Assembly: GCA_003220795.1 (NCBI GenBank)
Contig: QHTK01000053.1
Location: forward strand, 15,814 to 79,813
DNA from: Gemmatimonadota bacterium
Lineage (GTDB): Bacteria; Gemmatimonadota; Gemmatimonadetes; Gemmatimonadales; GWC2-71-9
DNA length: 64,000 bases
Direction: 5' to 3'
In this document: positions 47,410 to 57,015 of the stretch, one piece after another
Layout of the letters: each line of letters starts with the position of its first letter
Numbering within the stretch: position 1 is the stretch's first letter
Program-made: the position numbers and the translations under genes
Notes under the pieces: generated by a model
What the model was told of the DNA's origin: nothing
What the model saw: only the letters and a program-made list of their open reading frames with translations
Database searches by the model: none

Positions 47410-48437
47410 TGGGCCCACCCTGCCCGCAACCGGTCCAAGGCGACCGCCAGCACGATGATCCCGCCGATGATGATTTCCTGAATGTAGTTCGGCCATCCCA
47501 TCTGCTGGCAGCCGTTGCGCAGGAACGCCATGATGAGGGCGCCCACGACCGAGCCGAACACACTTCCCTCGCCGCCGCTCAGGCTGCCGCCGCCGATCAC
47601 CACCGCCGCGATCACGTCCAGCTCCGTGCCGATCGCGACCGTTGGATCGCCCTGCCGGAGGCGTGACAGCTGCATCACCCCCGCCAGCCCGAACAGCAGG
47701 CCTCCCACGCCGTAGATCCACAGCTTGAGCCGGTCGGTCGCGATGCCGCAGGCGCGCGCCGCCCGCTCGTTCGAGCCGAGCGCGAACACGCGCCGCCCGA
47801 ACACGGTGCGACGCAGCACGGTCGCCGCGGCGAGCGCCAGCACGAGCGTGATCCATACCCCGGCCGGGAGCACCATCCAGGCGGGTTGAGGGAACGTGAC
47901 GAGCAGATCGTTGAGCCACGTGGGCGGCACGTTGACGGTCTGCTCATGGGCCAGCCACTTCGCGACGCCGCGCGCGATGCCCAGCATCCCGAGCGTCGCG
48001 ATGAACGGCACGACGCGCAAGGAAGTGATGAGCAGGCCGTTCGCCAGTCCCACGAGCCCGCCGGCAAGCACGGCGGCGAACGTCGCCACGCCCGCGGGCC
48101 ACCCCGCGCCAACCACCAGCGCGGCCACGACGCCGGTCAACGCGATCGTCGCCCCGACCGAGAGATCGATCCCGCCCGAGACGATGATGATCGTCATCCC
48201 GATCGCACCCAGGGCGACGATCACGGTCTGTGACAGGACGATGCGCAAATTGAACGGCGACAGATACCGCGCCGGAGCGTCCGTCAGCAGCGCGAAGACA
48301 AGCACCACGAGCACCAGCACCAGCGCCGGGCCGATGCGCGCGAGCGAGCGGCGCAGCCGGTCCGGCGCCGCGGCGCTTGGCTCGGCGTCCGCTCTGACCC
48401 CGGGCGCCAGCCTGGGGAGCGAGGTGTCGGGCGTCAC
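47406..48437 (-). CDS. sugar ABC transporter permease (RbsC-like, CUT2 type)
   Basis: GTG 48437 overlaps the MFS stop (GTGA). 343 aa and highly hydrophobic. Family-typical segments are IIIVSGGIDLSVGA, FIATLGMLGIARG and AVVIGGGSLSGGEGSV. Confidence 0.85.
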   Translation of the reverse strand: MTPDTSLPRLAPGVRADAEPSAAAPDRLRRSLARIGPALVLVLVVLVFALLTDAPARYLSPFNLRIVLSQTVIVALGAIGMTIIIVSGGIDLSVGATIALTGVVAALVVGAGWPAGVATFAAVLAGGLVGLANGLLITSLRVVPFIATLGMLGIARGVAKWLAHEQTVNVPPTWLNDLLVTFPQPAWMVLPAGVWITLVLALAAATVLRRTVFGRRVFALGSNERAARACGIATDRLKLWIYGVGGLLFGLAGVMQLSRLRQGDPTVAIGTELDVIAAVVIGGGSLSGGEGSVFGSVVGALIMAFLRNGCQQMGWPNYIQEIIIGGIIVLAVALDRLRAGWAQ

Positions 48438-49705
48438 ACGCGCACGGGCTCCTCCACCGCCGCGGGCTCGAGCCGCGGCGCCAGGAGGTGAATGACGGTC
48501 CAGGCCGACACGTAGGCCAGCCCGCACACGATGAAGATGGGCGTGTAGTCGTTGCCGTTCGCCTGGAGGATCCGGCCGGTGACGCGCTGAAACAGCACGC
48601 CGCCCATGGCGCCCGCGAACGCGCCGATGCCAACCACGGACCCCACGGCCGCTCGCGGAAACATGTCGCTCGCCAGCGTATAGACGTTGGCCGACCAGGC
48701 TTGGTGCGCCGCGGCGGCGACGCTCACGATCGCCACCGCCGCCCACAGGCTCCCGGCGAGGGGCGCGAACGCCGTCGGCACGATCAGCAGCGCCATCGCC
48801 AGCATCGCCGTCTTGCGCGCCCGGTTCACGCTCCAGCCGCGCTGGAGCAGCGCGCTCGAGAGCCACCCGCCGCCGACCGAGCCGACGTCGGCGATCATGT
48901 AGACCACGATCAGCGGCAGCGCGAGCTGGGCCAGCCGGATGCCGTACTTCGTATCGAGGAATTTCGGGAGCCAGTAGAGATAGAACCACCAGACCGGGTC
49001 GGCGAAGAGCTTGCCGGCCGCGAACGCCCACGTCTGCTTGAGCCCGAGCAGCCGGACCCACGGCACGGCGAACACCGCCGGCTCGTCGACGTCGCTCTTG
49101 ATGTGCGTCAGCTCCGCGGGCGTTACCCGGGGGTGCGTCTCCGGGCTCCGGTACAGCGCGAGCCACACGACGAGCCACAGGAAGCCGAGCGAGCCGGTGG
49201 CGACGAAGGCCCACTGCCAGCCCCACGTCAGGGCGATCCAGGGCACGACGAGCGGCGTGATGATGGCGCCGGTATTGGTGCCGGCGTTGAAGATCCCGGT
49301 CGCCAGCGCCCGCTCGCGCTTGGGGAACCACTCTGCCACGGTCTTGATCGCGCCCGGGAAATTGGCGGACTCGCCCAACCCGAGCAGCGCGCGGGCGGCC
49401 GAGAACCCCGCGGCGGTGCGGGCGAAGGCATGGGCGATCGCCGCGACGCTCCAGGCGACGATCGCGACCGCAAAGCCGCGTCGCACCCCCACCCGATCCA
49501 ACACGCGCCCGGCGGCGAGGAATCCGAAGGCGTACACCAGACTGAACCAAGAGACGACGTCGCCGTACTGCGATTCGGTCCAGTGCAGCTCGCGCTGCAG
49601 CGTGGGCGCGAGAATGCCGAGCACCTGGCGGTCGACGTAGTTGATGGTCGTGACCACGAACAGCAGCGCGCACACCGTCCAGCGGTAGCCGATCCGCGTG
49701 GTCAT
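48434..49705 (-). CDS. MFS transporter, ACS/hexuronate (ExuT-like) family
   Basis: ATG 49705 overlaps the uxuA stop (ATGA). Segments TTINYVDRQVLGILAP, LLGLGESANFPG and WFPKRERALATGIFNAG are typical of the anion:cation symporter sugar-acid transporters. Confidence 0.75.
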   Translation of the reverse strand: MTTRIGYRWTVCALLFVVTTINYVDRQVLGILAPTLQRELHWTESQYGDVVSWFSLVYAFGFLAAGRVLDRVGVRRGFAVAIVAWSVAAIAHAFARTAAGFSAARALLGLGESANFPGAIKTVAEWFPKRERALATGIFNAGTNTGAIITPLVVPWIALTWGWQWAFVATGSLGFLWLVVWLALYRSPETHPRVTPAELTHIKSDVDEPAVFAVPWVRLLGLKQTWAFAAGKLFADPVWWFYLYWLPKFLDTKYGIRLAQLALPLIVVYMIADVGSVGGGWLSSALLQRGWSVNRARKTAMLAMALLIVPTAFAPLAGSLWAAVAIVSVAAAAHQAWSANVYTLASDMFPRAAVGSVVGIGAFAGAMGGVLFQRVTGRILQANGNDYTPIFIVCGLAYVSAWTVIHLLAPRLEPAAVEEPVRV

Positions 49706-50760
49706 CCCTCGCTCCGCACCAGGGCTTCCCACAGGCCCTGCAGATAGGTGACCCCGAGCGCCCGATCGTACAGGCCGTACCCGGGACGTCCGGTCTCACC
49801 CCAGATCATGCGGCCGTGATCGGGACGCATCGGGCCCGCGAAGCCCACGTCCCGCAGAGCGCGCAGCACCTCGAACAGGTCGACGCTGCCGCACGCGGAC
49901 GGGTGGGCCGTCTCGTGAAAGCGGCGCGCGCCCGTGACCAGCACGTTGCGGCAATGCGCGAAATGGATGCGCCCCCCGTTCTCCCCCAGCGCGCCCAGCC
50001 GGCGCACCATCGCGGGGAGATCGTTCGCGGGATCGGCGCCGAGCGATCCCGTGCAGAAGGTCACGCCGTTCACCGGGCTGTCGACCAGCGCGACGAGCCG
50101 CTCCAGGGCGGCAGCGTTCGTGATGATGCGCGGCAGCCCAAAGATCGGCCATGGCGGGTCGTCGGGGTGGATCGCCAGGCGGACGCCCGCTTCGCGCGCC
50201 ACCGGGACCACACGCTCCAGGAAGTACGCGAGATTGTCCCACAGCCGCTCCGCGCCCACCTCGCGATACGCGGCGATCAGCGCCTGCCGCTCGGCGGGCT
50301 GGTACGCCGTGGCCCAGCCGGGCAGGTCGGGTGCTCCGCGCGACAGATCCACGTTCGCGAGCGCGGCATCGTCGTAGGCGAGCGCCGTCGAGCCGTCGGG
50401 AAGGCGCAGTGCGAGGTCGGTGCGTGTCCAGTCGAACACCGGCATGAAGTTGTAGCACAGCACCGGAATGCCGAGCTCCCCCATGCTGCACACGCTCCGG
50501 CAGAAGTTCTCGATCAGGCGATCGCGGCCGCGCCGGCCGAGCTTGATGTTCTCGTGCACGGGGATGCTCTCGACCACGGCGAACCGGAGCCCAGCGTCGT
50601 CGATCTGCGCCTTGAGCGTGCCGAGCCGCTCGCGGCTCCAGGGGTCGCCGACCGGCAGATCGTACAGGGCGCTCACGACACCCGTCACGCCGGGGATCTG
50701 GCGGATGTGGGCGAGCGGGATCGGGTCCGCCGGGCCGAACCAGCGAAAGCTGGGAATCAC
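49702..50760 (-). CDS. uxuA: mannonate dehydratase
   Basis: GTG 50760 overlaps the kdgK stop. The N-terminus FRWFGPADPIPLAHIRQIPGVTGVVSALYD parallels E. coli UxuA ([29 protein letters not shown]). 352 aa. Confidence 0.85.
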   Translation of the reverse strand: MIPSFRWFGPADPIPLAHIRQIPGVTGVVSALYDLPVGDPWSRERLGTLKAQIDDAGLRFAVVESIPVHENIKLGRRGRDRLIENFCRSVCSMGELGIPVLCYNFMPVFDWTRTDLALRLPDGSTALAYDDAALANVDLSRGAPDLPGWATAYQPAERQALIAAYREVGAERLWDNLAYFLERVVPVAREAGVRLAIHPDDPPWPIFGLPRIITNAAALERLVALVDSPVNGVTFCTGSLGADPANDLPAMVRRLGALGENGGRIHFAHCRNVLVTGARRFHETAHPSACGSVDLFEVLRALRDVGFAGPMRPDHGRMIWGETGRPGYGLYDRALGVTYLQGLWEALVRSEG

Positions 50761-51752
50761 GCGCGGAGCAGCTCCTCGACTTCCTCCACGCTCGCGCGGC
50801 TGAAGTCCCCGGGCACGGTGAGCTTGAGGGCGCTCGCCGCCACCGCGAATTCGAGCGCCGCGGCCGGCCGGTCCCCGGCGAGCAATCGGGCGATGAGCGC
50901 CGCGGCGAAGCTGTCGCCGCCGCCCACACGGTCCACGACGTGCACGCGGTGCCGCCGGCTCTGGGCGAACGCGCGGGTCTCCGCGTCGTACAGGACGGCG
51001 CTCCACCCGTGCTCCCGGGGCCCGAGGATCTCGCGCCGCGTGAGCGCGATGCGCTTCGCTTCGAACCGCGCCGAGAGCTGCTCGGCGAGCCCGCGCGCTC
51101 GCTCGGGGGTCGCGAGCGACGCGTCGTCGGCCGCAAGGCCGAGCATCGCGCTCACAGCCCCCGTATTACCGATCAGCACGCCCGCCCGCCGAGCCAGCGG
51201 CTCGATGAGCGGCCGCGGATTGCGGTTGCGCCACAGGGCCTCGCGGTAGTTCAGGTCGAGGCTCACGGGGGTGCCCCGGGCGCGCGCGCACGCGATGGCG
51301 CCCGCGAGCGCCGCCACCGGGCCTTCACCCAGGGCGGGAGTGATCCCGGAGACGTGGAACCAGTCGGCCCCGGCGAGCACCGCGGGCCAGTCGATGCTGT
51401 GCGGGTCGAGGCGCGCGAACGCGGAGCCCGCGCGGTCGTAGACCACGCGCATGGCCCGCAGATCCGCGCCCGGCTCCACGAAATAGAGCCCCAGGCGATC
51501 GCCGCTCCCCCCTCGCGCGATCCACCGCGTGCCCACCCCTTCCTTTCTCAGCGCCTCGACGCCGGCGTCCCCGAGGGGGTTGTCGGGAACGCGGGTGACG
51601 TAGTCGCACCGCACGCCGAGATGGCTGAGGGCGACGGCGACGTTCGCCTCCGCCCCGCCGAAGCAGGTGTGCAGCTCGGGGGACTCGAGCAGGCGCTCGT
51701 CGCCCGGCGGGCTGAGCCGCAGCAACAGCTCGCCGAACGTGACCGCCCTCAT
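50757..51752 (-). CDS. kdgK: 2-dehydro-3-deoxygluconokinase (PfkB family sugar kinase)
   Basis: 331 aa. N-terminal VTFGELLLRLSPPG..FGGAEANVAVAL and C-terminal VDRVGGGDSFAAALI (PfkB signature). It sits between eda and uxuA. Confidence 0.8.
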   Translation of the reverse strand: MRAVTFGELLLRLSPPGDERLLESPELHTCFGGAEANVAVALSHLGVRCDYVTRVPDNPLGDAGVEALRKEGVGTRWIARGGSGDRLGLYFVEPGADLRAMRVVYDRAGSAFARLDPHSIDWPAVLAGADWFHVSGITPALGEGPVAALAGAIACARARGTPVSLDLNYREALWRNRNPRPLIEPLARRAGVLIGNTGAVSAMLGLAADDASLATPERARGLAEQLSARFEAKRIALTRREILGPREHGWSAVLYDAETRAFAQSRRHRVHVVDRVGGGDSFAAALIARLLAGDRPAAALEFAVAASALKLTVPGDFSRASVEEVEELLRA

Positions 51753-52417
51753 GCGCGGGCCGCTCTGACCTGGGTCACCAGCAGCCGCGCCCGCGCCGTC
51801 AGCTCCGCGGGGCTCTCATGGCCGAGCAGCGCCGCCCGCAGCAGCGCGCCGCCCACGCTCACCGCAGCGGCGCCGGCGCGGATCCAGTCGCCCGCGTTCT
51901 CGAGCGTCACACCGCCCGAGGGCACGAGCCGCAGGAACGGCAGTGGTGCGAGCACGTCCCGGATGAAGCCGGGGCCGACCGCCGCCGCGGGAAACACCTT
52001 CACGAGCGACGCGCCGGCGCGCCACGCATCCAGGATCTCCGTCGGGGTAAACGCGCCGGGCATACAGGGCACGTCGCGCTCTCGGCACACGCGGATCACC
52101 GCGTGGTCGAGGGTCGGGCTGACCACGAAGCGAGCCCCGGCGTCGATGACGGCGCGCGCCGCGACTTCGTCGAGCACGGTGCCGGCGCCCACCAGGCACC
52201 CGGCGAGCCCCTCGTCTCCGGCGAGATCGGCGATCGTCGCGATCGCGCCGGGCGTCGTCAACGTGATTTCCACCGCGCCTACGCCGCCCGCCGCAAGCGC
52301 GCGTGCGACCGCGCGCAGCCGGACCGCTTCGGGTGCGCGAACGACCGCGATCACGCCACTCTCGAGCAGCGGGAGCCCACCCGTTTCTCCCCCGCGAGTC
52401 GTCGTCGTATGGGTCAT
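51749..52417 (-). CDS. eda: bifunctional KDPG / KHG aldolase
   Basis: ATG 52417 overlaps the upstream stop (ATGA). 222 aa. Segments VIAVVR, VEITLTTPGA, GAGTVL, PGAFTPTEI, VKVFPA and PSGGV are typical of Eda. Confidence 0.85.
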   Translation of the reverse strand: MTHTTTTRGGETGGLPLLESGVIAVVRAPEAVRLRAVARALAAGGVGAVEITLTTPGAIATIADLAGDEGLAGCLVGAGTVLDEVAARAVIDAGARFVVSPTLDHAVIRVCRERDVPCMPGAFTPTEILDAWRAGASLVKVFPAAAVGPGFIRDVLAPLPFLRLVPSGGVTLENAGDWIRAGAAAVSVGGALLRAALLGHESPAELTARARLLVTQVRAARA

Positions 52418-53895
52418 GGTCGGGTCCGGCCGGTGGTCGTGTACTCCGGCATGCCACGCAGCGCGTCGACCGCGCCATCCACGCCCTCGCGCTCGAGCAG
52501 CAGCAGCCAGCGGGTCGTCGCCTCGACGATTCCGGGGAGCTCGGCGAGATTCCCCCCCCACAGGCCCGCGTCGCCGAGCGCGCTGGCGGCCAATCGCTCC
52601 AGGGCGGCTGCAAGTCCGGGGCCAGAAGCGGTCTCTCGACCCGTCGCTCGCCAGTGCCGCTCGATCAGCGGCAGATCGACGTCTCCCCCGGGGGGCGGCG
52701 GACAGGAGCGGGCCCACTGGAGGTAAGCCGCGCAGGCCAGTGTCAGCCCCTGCGGCGCGAGCCCCCGCTTGCGGGCGAACCCCGCGATCACGGGCGCGAC
52801 GCGGAGCCGCAGCTTGGCCGTCTGGTTGGTGGCGATCACTCGCCACTCGTGATCGAGCCACGGGTTGCGAAACCGCTCGAGCACCGTCCGGGCGAATGCC
52901 GCCGCGGCGTCGGCCGGGAGCTCGGTTCCCGCGGGGATTTCCTCGAACAGGACGTGCCGCAGGAACGCGCCCAGCCGCGGTTGCTCGGCGGCCTCCCGCA
53001 CGGTCCGCACGCCCGCCAGGAGCGCGAGCGGTGCGGTCGCCGTGTGCGCGCCGTTCAGCAGACGCAGCTTGCGCTCCCGGTAGAACGCGATGTCTGGTGC
53101 GAAGATCACCGAGGAAGCGTCGATCGCGAACGTAGCATGCAGCTCCGCGGGGTCGGCTTCGATCGCCCAGAAGCAGTGCGGCTCGGCGACGGTGAGGAGG
53201 GCGTCGCTGTACCCCACGCGCTGCTCGAGCGCCGCGTGCACGTCTCGAGCGGGCGTGCCGGTCGTGATGCGGTCGACGAGCGAGGAGCAAAATCGCACGC
53301 GACGCCGGAGCCAGTCACGAAACGCGGGCGCACGCTCGCGCCCCTCCGCCAGCTGGTCGACCATCGCGGCGAGGCGTGGCCCATTGTCGTCCACCAGCTC
53401 TGTCGGGACGACGAACAGCAGCGGGCTGTCCGGGAGGCGCGCGAAACGCGTGTAGAGCAGGTCGGTCAGCCGGGGGGGAAAGGGTGCGTCCGGTCGAAAC
53501 CCGGCTTCCGTCACGTTGCTCACGATCACCCGTAGCTCCGGCCGCGCGACGATCTCGCGCACCGCATCCCATTGGGTATCGGCCAGCAGCGCGCGCGAGA
53601 TCGCGCCGACGAGACGTGCGCGCTCGACCGGCGCGCCGTGCTCGAGCCCGCGCTCGACCAGCGTGAACAGGCCGTCCTGGGCGTTGAGGGCGGACGCCTG
53701 TCCCTGCGGCGTGCTCTGCACCACGACGATGCGCCCACCGAAGGCGCCGGCCACGTTCGCGGCGTCCACGGAGGCCGCGCACACGGCGCGCAGCAGCATC
53801 CCCGTGCCGAACTGCAGCACGCGCTCCGGCAGCTCCGCGCGGCGGTAGGCGCCTGGCGGCCAGTGCGCGCCGCTCAGGCGCGGGAGGTCGGCCAT
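52414..53895 (-). CDS. long-chain mannitol dehydrogenase family hexuronate reductase, UxaB-like (tagaturonate reductase type)
   Basis: 493 aa. ERVLQFGTGMLLRAV, IVVVQSTPQG..QDGLFTLVERGL and LRVIVSNVTEAG parallel E. coli UxaB (ERIIQFGEGNFLRAF, VVVVRPI..QDGLYTTIIRGL, MRFVFSNTTEAG) rather than UxuB. Substrate specificity is not determinable by eye. Confidence 0.7.
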   Translation of the reverse strand: MADLPRLSGAHWPPGAYRRAELPERVLQFGTGMLLRAVCAASVDAANVAGAFGGRIVVVQSTPQGQASALNAQDGLFTLVERGLEHGAPVERARLVGAISRALLADTQWDAVREIVARPELRVIVSNVTEAGFRPDAPFPPRLTDLLYTRFARLPDSPLLFVVPTELVDDNGPRLAAMVDQLAEGRERAPAFRDWLRRRVRFCSSLVDRITTGTPARDVHAALEQRVGYSDALLTVAEPHCFWAIEADPAELHATFAIDASSVIFAPDIAFYRERKLRLLNGAHTATAPLALLAGVRTVREAAEQPRLGAFLRHVLFEEIPAGTELPADAAAAFARTVLERFRNPWLDHEWRVIATNQTAKLRLRVAPVIAGFARKRGLAPQGLTLACAAYLQWARSCPPPPGGDVDLPLIERHWRATGRETASGPGLAAALERLAASALGDAGLWGGNLAELPGIVEATTRWLLLLEREGVDGAVDALRGMPEYTTTGRTRP

Positions 53896-53942
53896 GGCGA
53901 CAAGCTGGCTTGGAGAACGGCAGCGCGCTAGTTTCCTGTGCG

Positions 53943-55787
53943 ATGGCTTCGACCACGACGTCCCCGGCGCGTGAATCGCGCGACTCCGTCGTGATCCGGT
54001 TCGCCGGCGACTCGGGGGACGGCATGCAGGTGACGGGCGGCCGCTTCACGATCGAGACGGCGCTCGCCGGCAACGACCTCACCACGTTCCCCGATTATCC
54101 GGCCGAGATCCGCGCGCCCGCAGGTACCACCTACGGCGTATCGGCGTTCCAGATCCATTTCGGCGCCGTCGACGTGATGACGCCCGGCGATCAGGTGGAC
54201 GTGCTCGTCGCCATGAACCCGGCGGCGCTCAAGGTGGATCTGAAGGACCTGCGCGTCGGCGGCACGGTGGTCGTCGACCTGGGCGCCTTCACCGAGCGGA
54301 ACCTCGCGAAAGCGGGGTTCAAGACCAACCCGCTGGAGGATGGCTCGCTCGCGCAATACCAGGTGCTGAAACTCGACGTCACGAAGCTCACGCTCGACGC
54401 CGTCAAGGAGTCCGGGCTCCATTCCCGGGAAGCGCACCGCTGCCGCAACATGTGGGCGCTCGGGCTGATGCTCTGGATGTACGGACGCGATCGCGAGGCC
54501 ACGGTCGGCTGGCTGAAGCAGAAGTTCGCCGGGCGGCCCGAGCTGGCGCAGGCGAATGTGGCGGCGCTGAACGCGGGACACGCCTACGGTGAGACCGCCG
54601 AGATGTCGGAGTACGGGGTCGGCTACACCGTGCGGCGCGCGCCCGTGGCCGCGGGTGTGTACCGCACAGTGAGCGGGACCGAAGCGATCGCCTGGGGACT
54701 GCTCGCCGGGCTGCGCGCGGCGGGGCTCGAGCGGATGATCTTCGCGGGCTATCCCATCACGCCGGCCTCGGTGCTGCTGCACACGCTCGCCGGCCTGGGA
54801 CGGTACGGCGTGATCACCTTTCAGGCCGAGGACGAGATCTCGGCCATCGGGGCCGCCGTCGGGGCGGCGTACGCCGGGGCGCTGGGCGTGACGTCGACCT
54901 CGGGCCCCGGCATGGCGCTCAAGACCGAGATGCTGGGCCTCGCGATCGCGACCGAGCTGCCGCTCGTAGTCGTCAACTCCCAGCGGGCCGGTCCCTCGAC
55001 CGGCATGCCCACGAAGGCGGAGCAATCGGATCTGCTGCAGGCGGTCCACGGGCGGAACGCGGACGCGCCGCTCGCGGTGTTGGCCGCGGCCACCGCGACC
55101 GACTGCTTCGACGTCGCGATCGAGGCGGTCCGCCTCGCGACGAAGTACATGACCCCGGTGATCCTGCTCTCCGACGCGTTCCTCGCCCACGCCGCCGAGC
55201 CGTGGCGCATTCCCGACCTGGATCGTTTGCCGCGCTTTCCGGTCCGCTTCCGGACCGAGCCCGCCGGATTCCATCCCTTCCTCCGGGATCCGGAGACGCT
55301 GGCGCGCGCGTGGGCGCGCCCCGGCACGCCGGGGCTCGAGCACCGCATCGGCGGACTCGAGAAGGACTACGACACGGGTCACATCTCCTATGACCCGGAG
55401 AACCACGCGCGTATGACGCGCGCGCGCGCCGAGAAGATCGCCGGGATCGCGAACGACATCCCGCTCCAGACCGTGGCGGTGGGCACGGATCATGGCGCCG
55501 TCGCCGTGGTCGGGTGGGGCTCGACGTACGGTGCCATCCACCAGGCGGTGCGCCGGGCGCGACACGACGGCGTCGACGCGTCGCACATCCACCTGCGCTA
55601 CTTGAGTCCCTTCCCGCGCAACCTGGGAGAGCTGCTCAAGCGGTTCGACCGGGTCCTCGTACCCGAGCTGAACAACGGTCAGCTCGTACAGCTGCTGCGC
55701 GCGACGTACCTCGTGCCGGCGGAAGGGCTGAACAAGGTCCAGGGGAAGCCGTTCAAAGTCTCCGAGATCGCGGAGGCGATCCGATGA
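53943..55787 (+). CDS. korA: 2-oxoacid:ferredoxin (acceptor) oxidoreductase subunit alpha
   Basis: N-terminus VVIRFAGDSGDGMQVTGGRF..FPDYPAEIRAP, then later GYPITPAS. About 614 aa from ATG 53943; TTG 53910 is also possible. Confidence 0.85.
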   Translation: MASTTTSPARESRDSVVIRFAGDSGDGMQVTGGRFTIETALAGNDLTTFPDYPAEIRAPAGTTYGVSAFQIHFGAVDVMTPGDQVDVLVAMNPAALKVDLKDLRVGGTVVVDLGAFTERNLAKAGFKTNPLEDGSLAQYQVLKLDVTKLTLDAVKESGLHSREAHRCRNMWALGLMLWMYGRDREATVGWLKQKFAGRPELAQANVAALNAGHAYGETAEMSEYGVGYTVRRAPVAAGVYRTVSGTEAIAWGLLAGLRAAGLERMIFAGYPITPASVLLHTLAGLGRYGVITFQAEDEISAIGAAVGAAYAGALGVTSTSGPGMALKTEMLGLAIATELPLVVVNSQRAGPSTGMPTKAEQSDLLQAVHGRNADAPLAVLAAATATDCFDVAIEAVRLATKYMTPVILLSDAFLAHAAEPWRIPDLDRLPRFPVRFRTEPAGFHPFLRDPETLARAWARPGTPGLEHRIGGLEKDYDTGHISYDPENHARMTRARAEKIAGIANDIPLQTVAVGTDHGAVAVVGWGSTYGAIHQAVRRARHDGVDASHIHLRYLSPFPRNLGELLKRFDRVLVPELNNGQLVQLLRATYLVPAEGLNKVQGKPFKVSEIAEAIR

Positions 55788-56815
55788 CCGTCACCACCAT
55801 CACCGACGCCGAGCTCCAGCCCAAGGATTACGCGTCCGACCAGGAGGTGCGCTGGTGCCCCGGCTGCGGGGACTACGCGATCCTCAAGGCGGTGCACAAG
55901 GCGATGGCGGAGGTAGGGGCGCGGCGCGAGCGCACCGTGGTCGTGTCCGGCATCGGCTGCGCGGCGCGGTTCCCGTACTACATGTCCACCTACGGCTTCC
56001 ACACGATCCACGGGCGCGCCCCGGCAATCGCCACGGGGATCAAGCTGGCGAATCCGGAGCTCGATGTGTGGGTGATGACGGGAGACGGCGACGGGCTGTC
56101 GATCGGCGGTAACCACATGCTTCACGTGCTGCGCCGCAACGTCGATCTCCAGATCGTCTTGTTCAACAACGAGATCTACGGGCTCACGAAGGGCCAGTAC
56201 TCCCCCACGTCGCGGCGCGGCACGAAATCGCCGTCCACCCCGCGCGGCTCGGTTGATTACCCCGTGTCGGCGTGCGCGTTCGCGCTCGGGTCCGGAGCGC
56301 GGTTCGTCGCGCGCTCGGTCGACACGCTGCAGGCGCACCTGGTCGGCGTGCTGCAGCGCGCCCACGCGCACCGGGGCGCTTCGTTCGTCGAGGTGTTCCA
56401 GAACTGCGTGGTCTTCAATGACGGCGCGTTCGAGAATTTCACCGCGAAGGACGGCGCGGCGGACACGCAGCTGCACGTCGAGCACGGCAAGCCACTGATC
56501 TTCGGCGCCCGACGGGATCGTGGACTGCGCTTGACGCCGGGGAAGCTCGAGCTCGAAGTGGTTACGCTCTCCGAGGGCGGCGTGACGCCGGCCGACCTCG
56601 TGGTACACGACGAGACCAATCGCGGGCTCGCGCACCTGCTCGTCGCGCTCGAGCCGCCCGGCTTCCCCGTGGCGCTGGGAGTGATCTACTGCAATCCGGC
56701 GCCCTCGTTCGAGGCCCTAGTGCACGCGCAGGCGGGCGCGGCCGGCGCCGGACGCCCCACGCCCGACCTGGCAGAGCTGCTCATGGCCAAAGAAGGGACC
56801 TGGACGGTGAGGTGA
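55784..56815 (+). CDS. korB: 2-oxoacid:ferredoxin (acceptor) oxidoreductase subunit beta
   Basis: ATG 55784 overlaps the korA stop (ATGA). RWCPGCGDYAIL and the TPP-binding GDGDGLSIGGNHMLH..NNEIYGLTKGQ are present. Confidence 0.9.
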   Translation: MTVTTITDAELQPKDYASDQEVRWCPGCGDYAILKAVHKAMAEVGARRERTVVVSGIGCAARFPYYMSTYGFHTIHGRAPAIATGIKLANPELDVWVMTGDGDGLSIGGNHMLHVLRRNVDLQIVLFNNEIYGLTKGQYSPTSRRGTKSPSTPRGSVDYPVSACAFALGSGARFVARSVDTLQAHLVGVLQRAHAHRGASFVEVFQNCVVFNDGAFENFTAKDGAADTQLHVEHGKPLIFGARRDRGLRLTPGKLELEVVTLSEGGVTPADLVVHDETNRGLAHLLVALEPPGFPVALGVIYCNPAPSFEALVHAQAGAAGAGRPTPDLAELLMAKEGTWTVR

Positions 56816-56965
56816 GCCTACAACAGGTGTGGCCTGGACGCCGCACGGAAGATCCTGCCCAGTGCTTTCCCCCTTTTCCACACGTGAGACTCGCGAACTG
56901 ACCTGAGCATTTGCGACCGGTGGGCCGGCGTGAGCGGCATCACCGGGGTGGGCATGTGGCTTGCC

Positions 56966-56982
56966 CGGTCACTGGGTGACCG
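56966..56982. promoter_or_regulatory. 17-bp perfect palindrome CGGTCAC-TGG-GTGACCG upstream of the ECF sigma gene
   Basis: Read directly in the sequence. It ends 33 nt upstream of ATG 57016. Its function (operator or 5'-UTR hairpin) is unknown. Confidence 0.3.
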
Positions 56983-57015
56983 TCAGGCGGCCGCCCGCCG
57001 CCATGCGCCCTAGAC

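Noticed and set aside
53943-56815. KorAB (2-oxoacid:ferredoxin oxidoreductase) wedged between sugar-acid genes and a PUL, considered as an anomaly or island.
   Set aside because: Composition and codon appearance match the surroundings. There are no flanking repeats or mobility genes. It is a housekeeping central-metabolism pair with ordinary architecture (ATGA-coupled alpha/beta).
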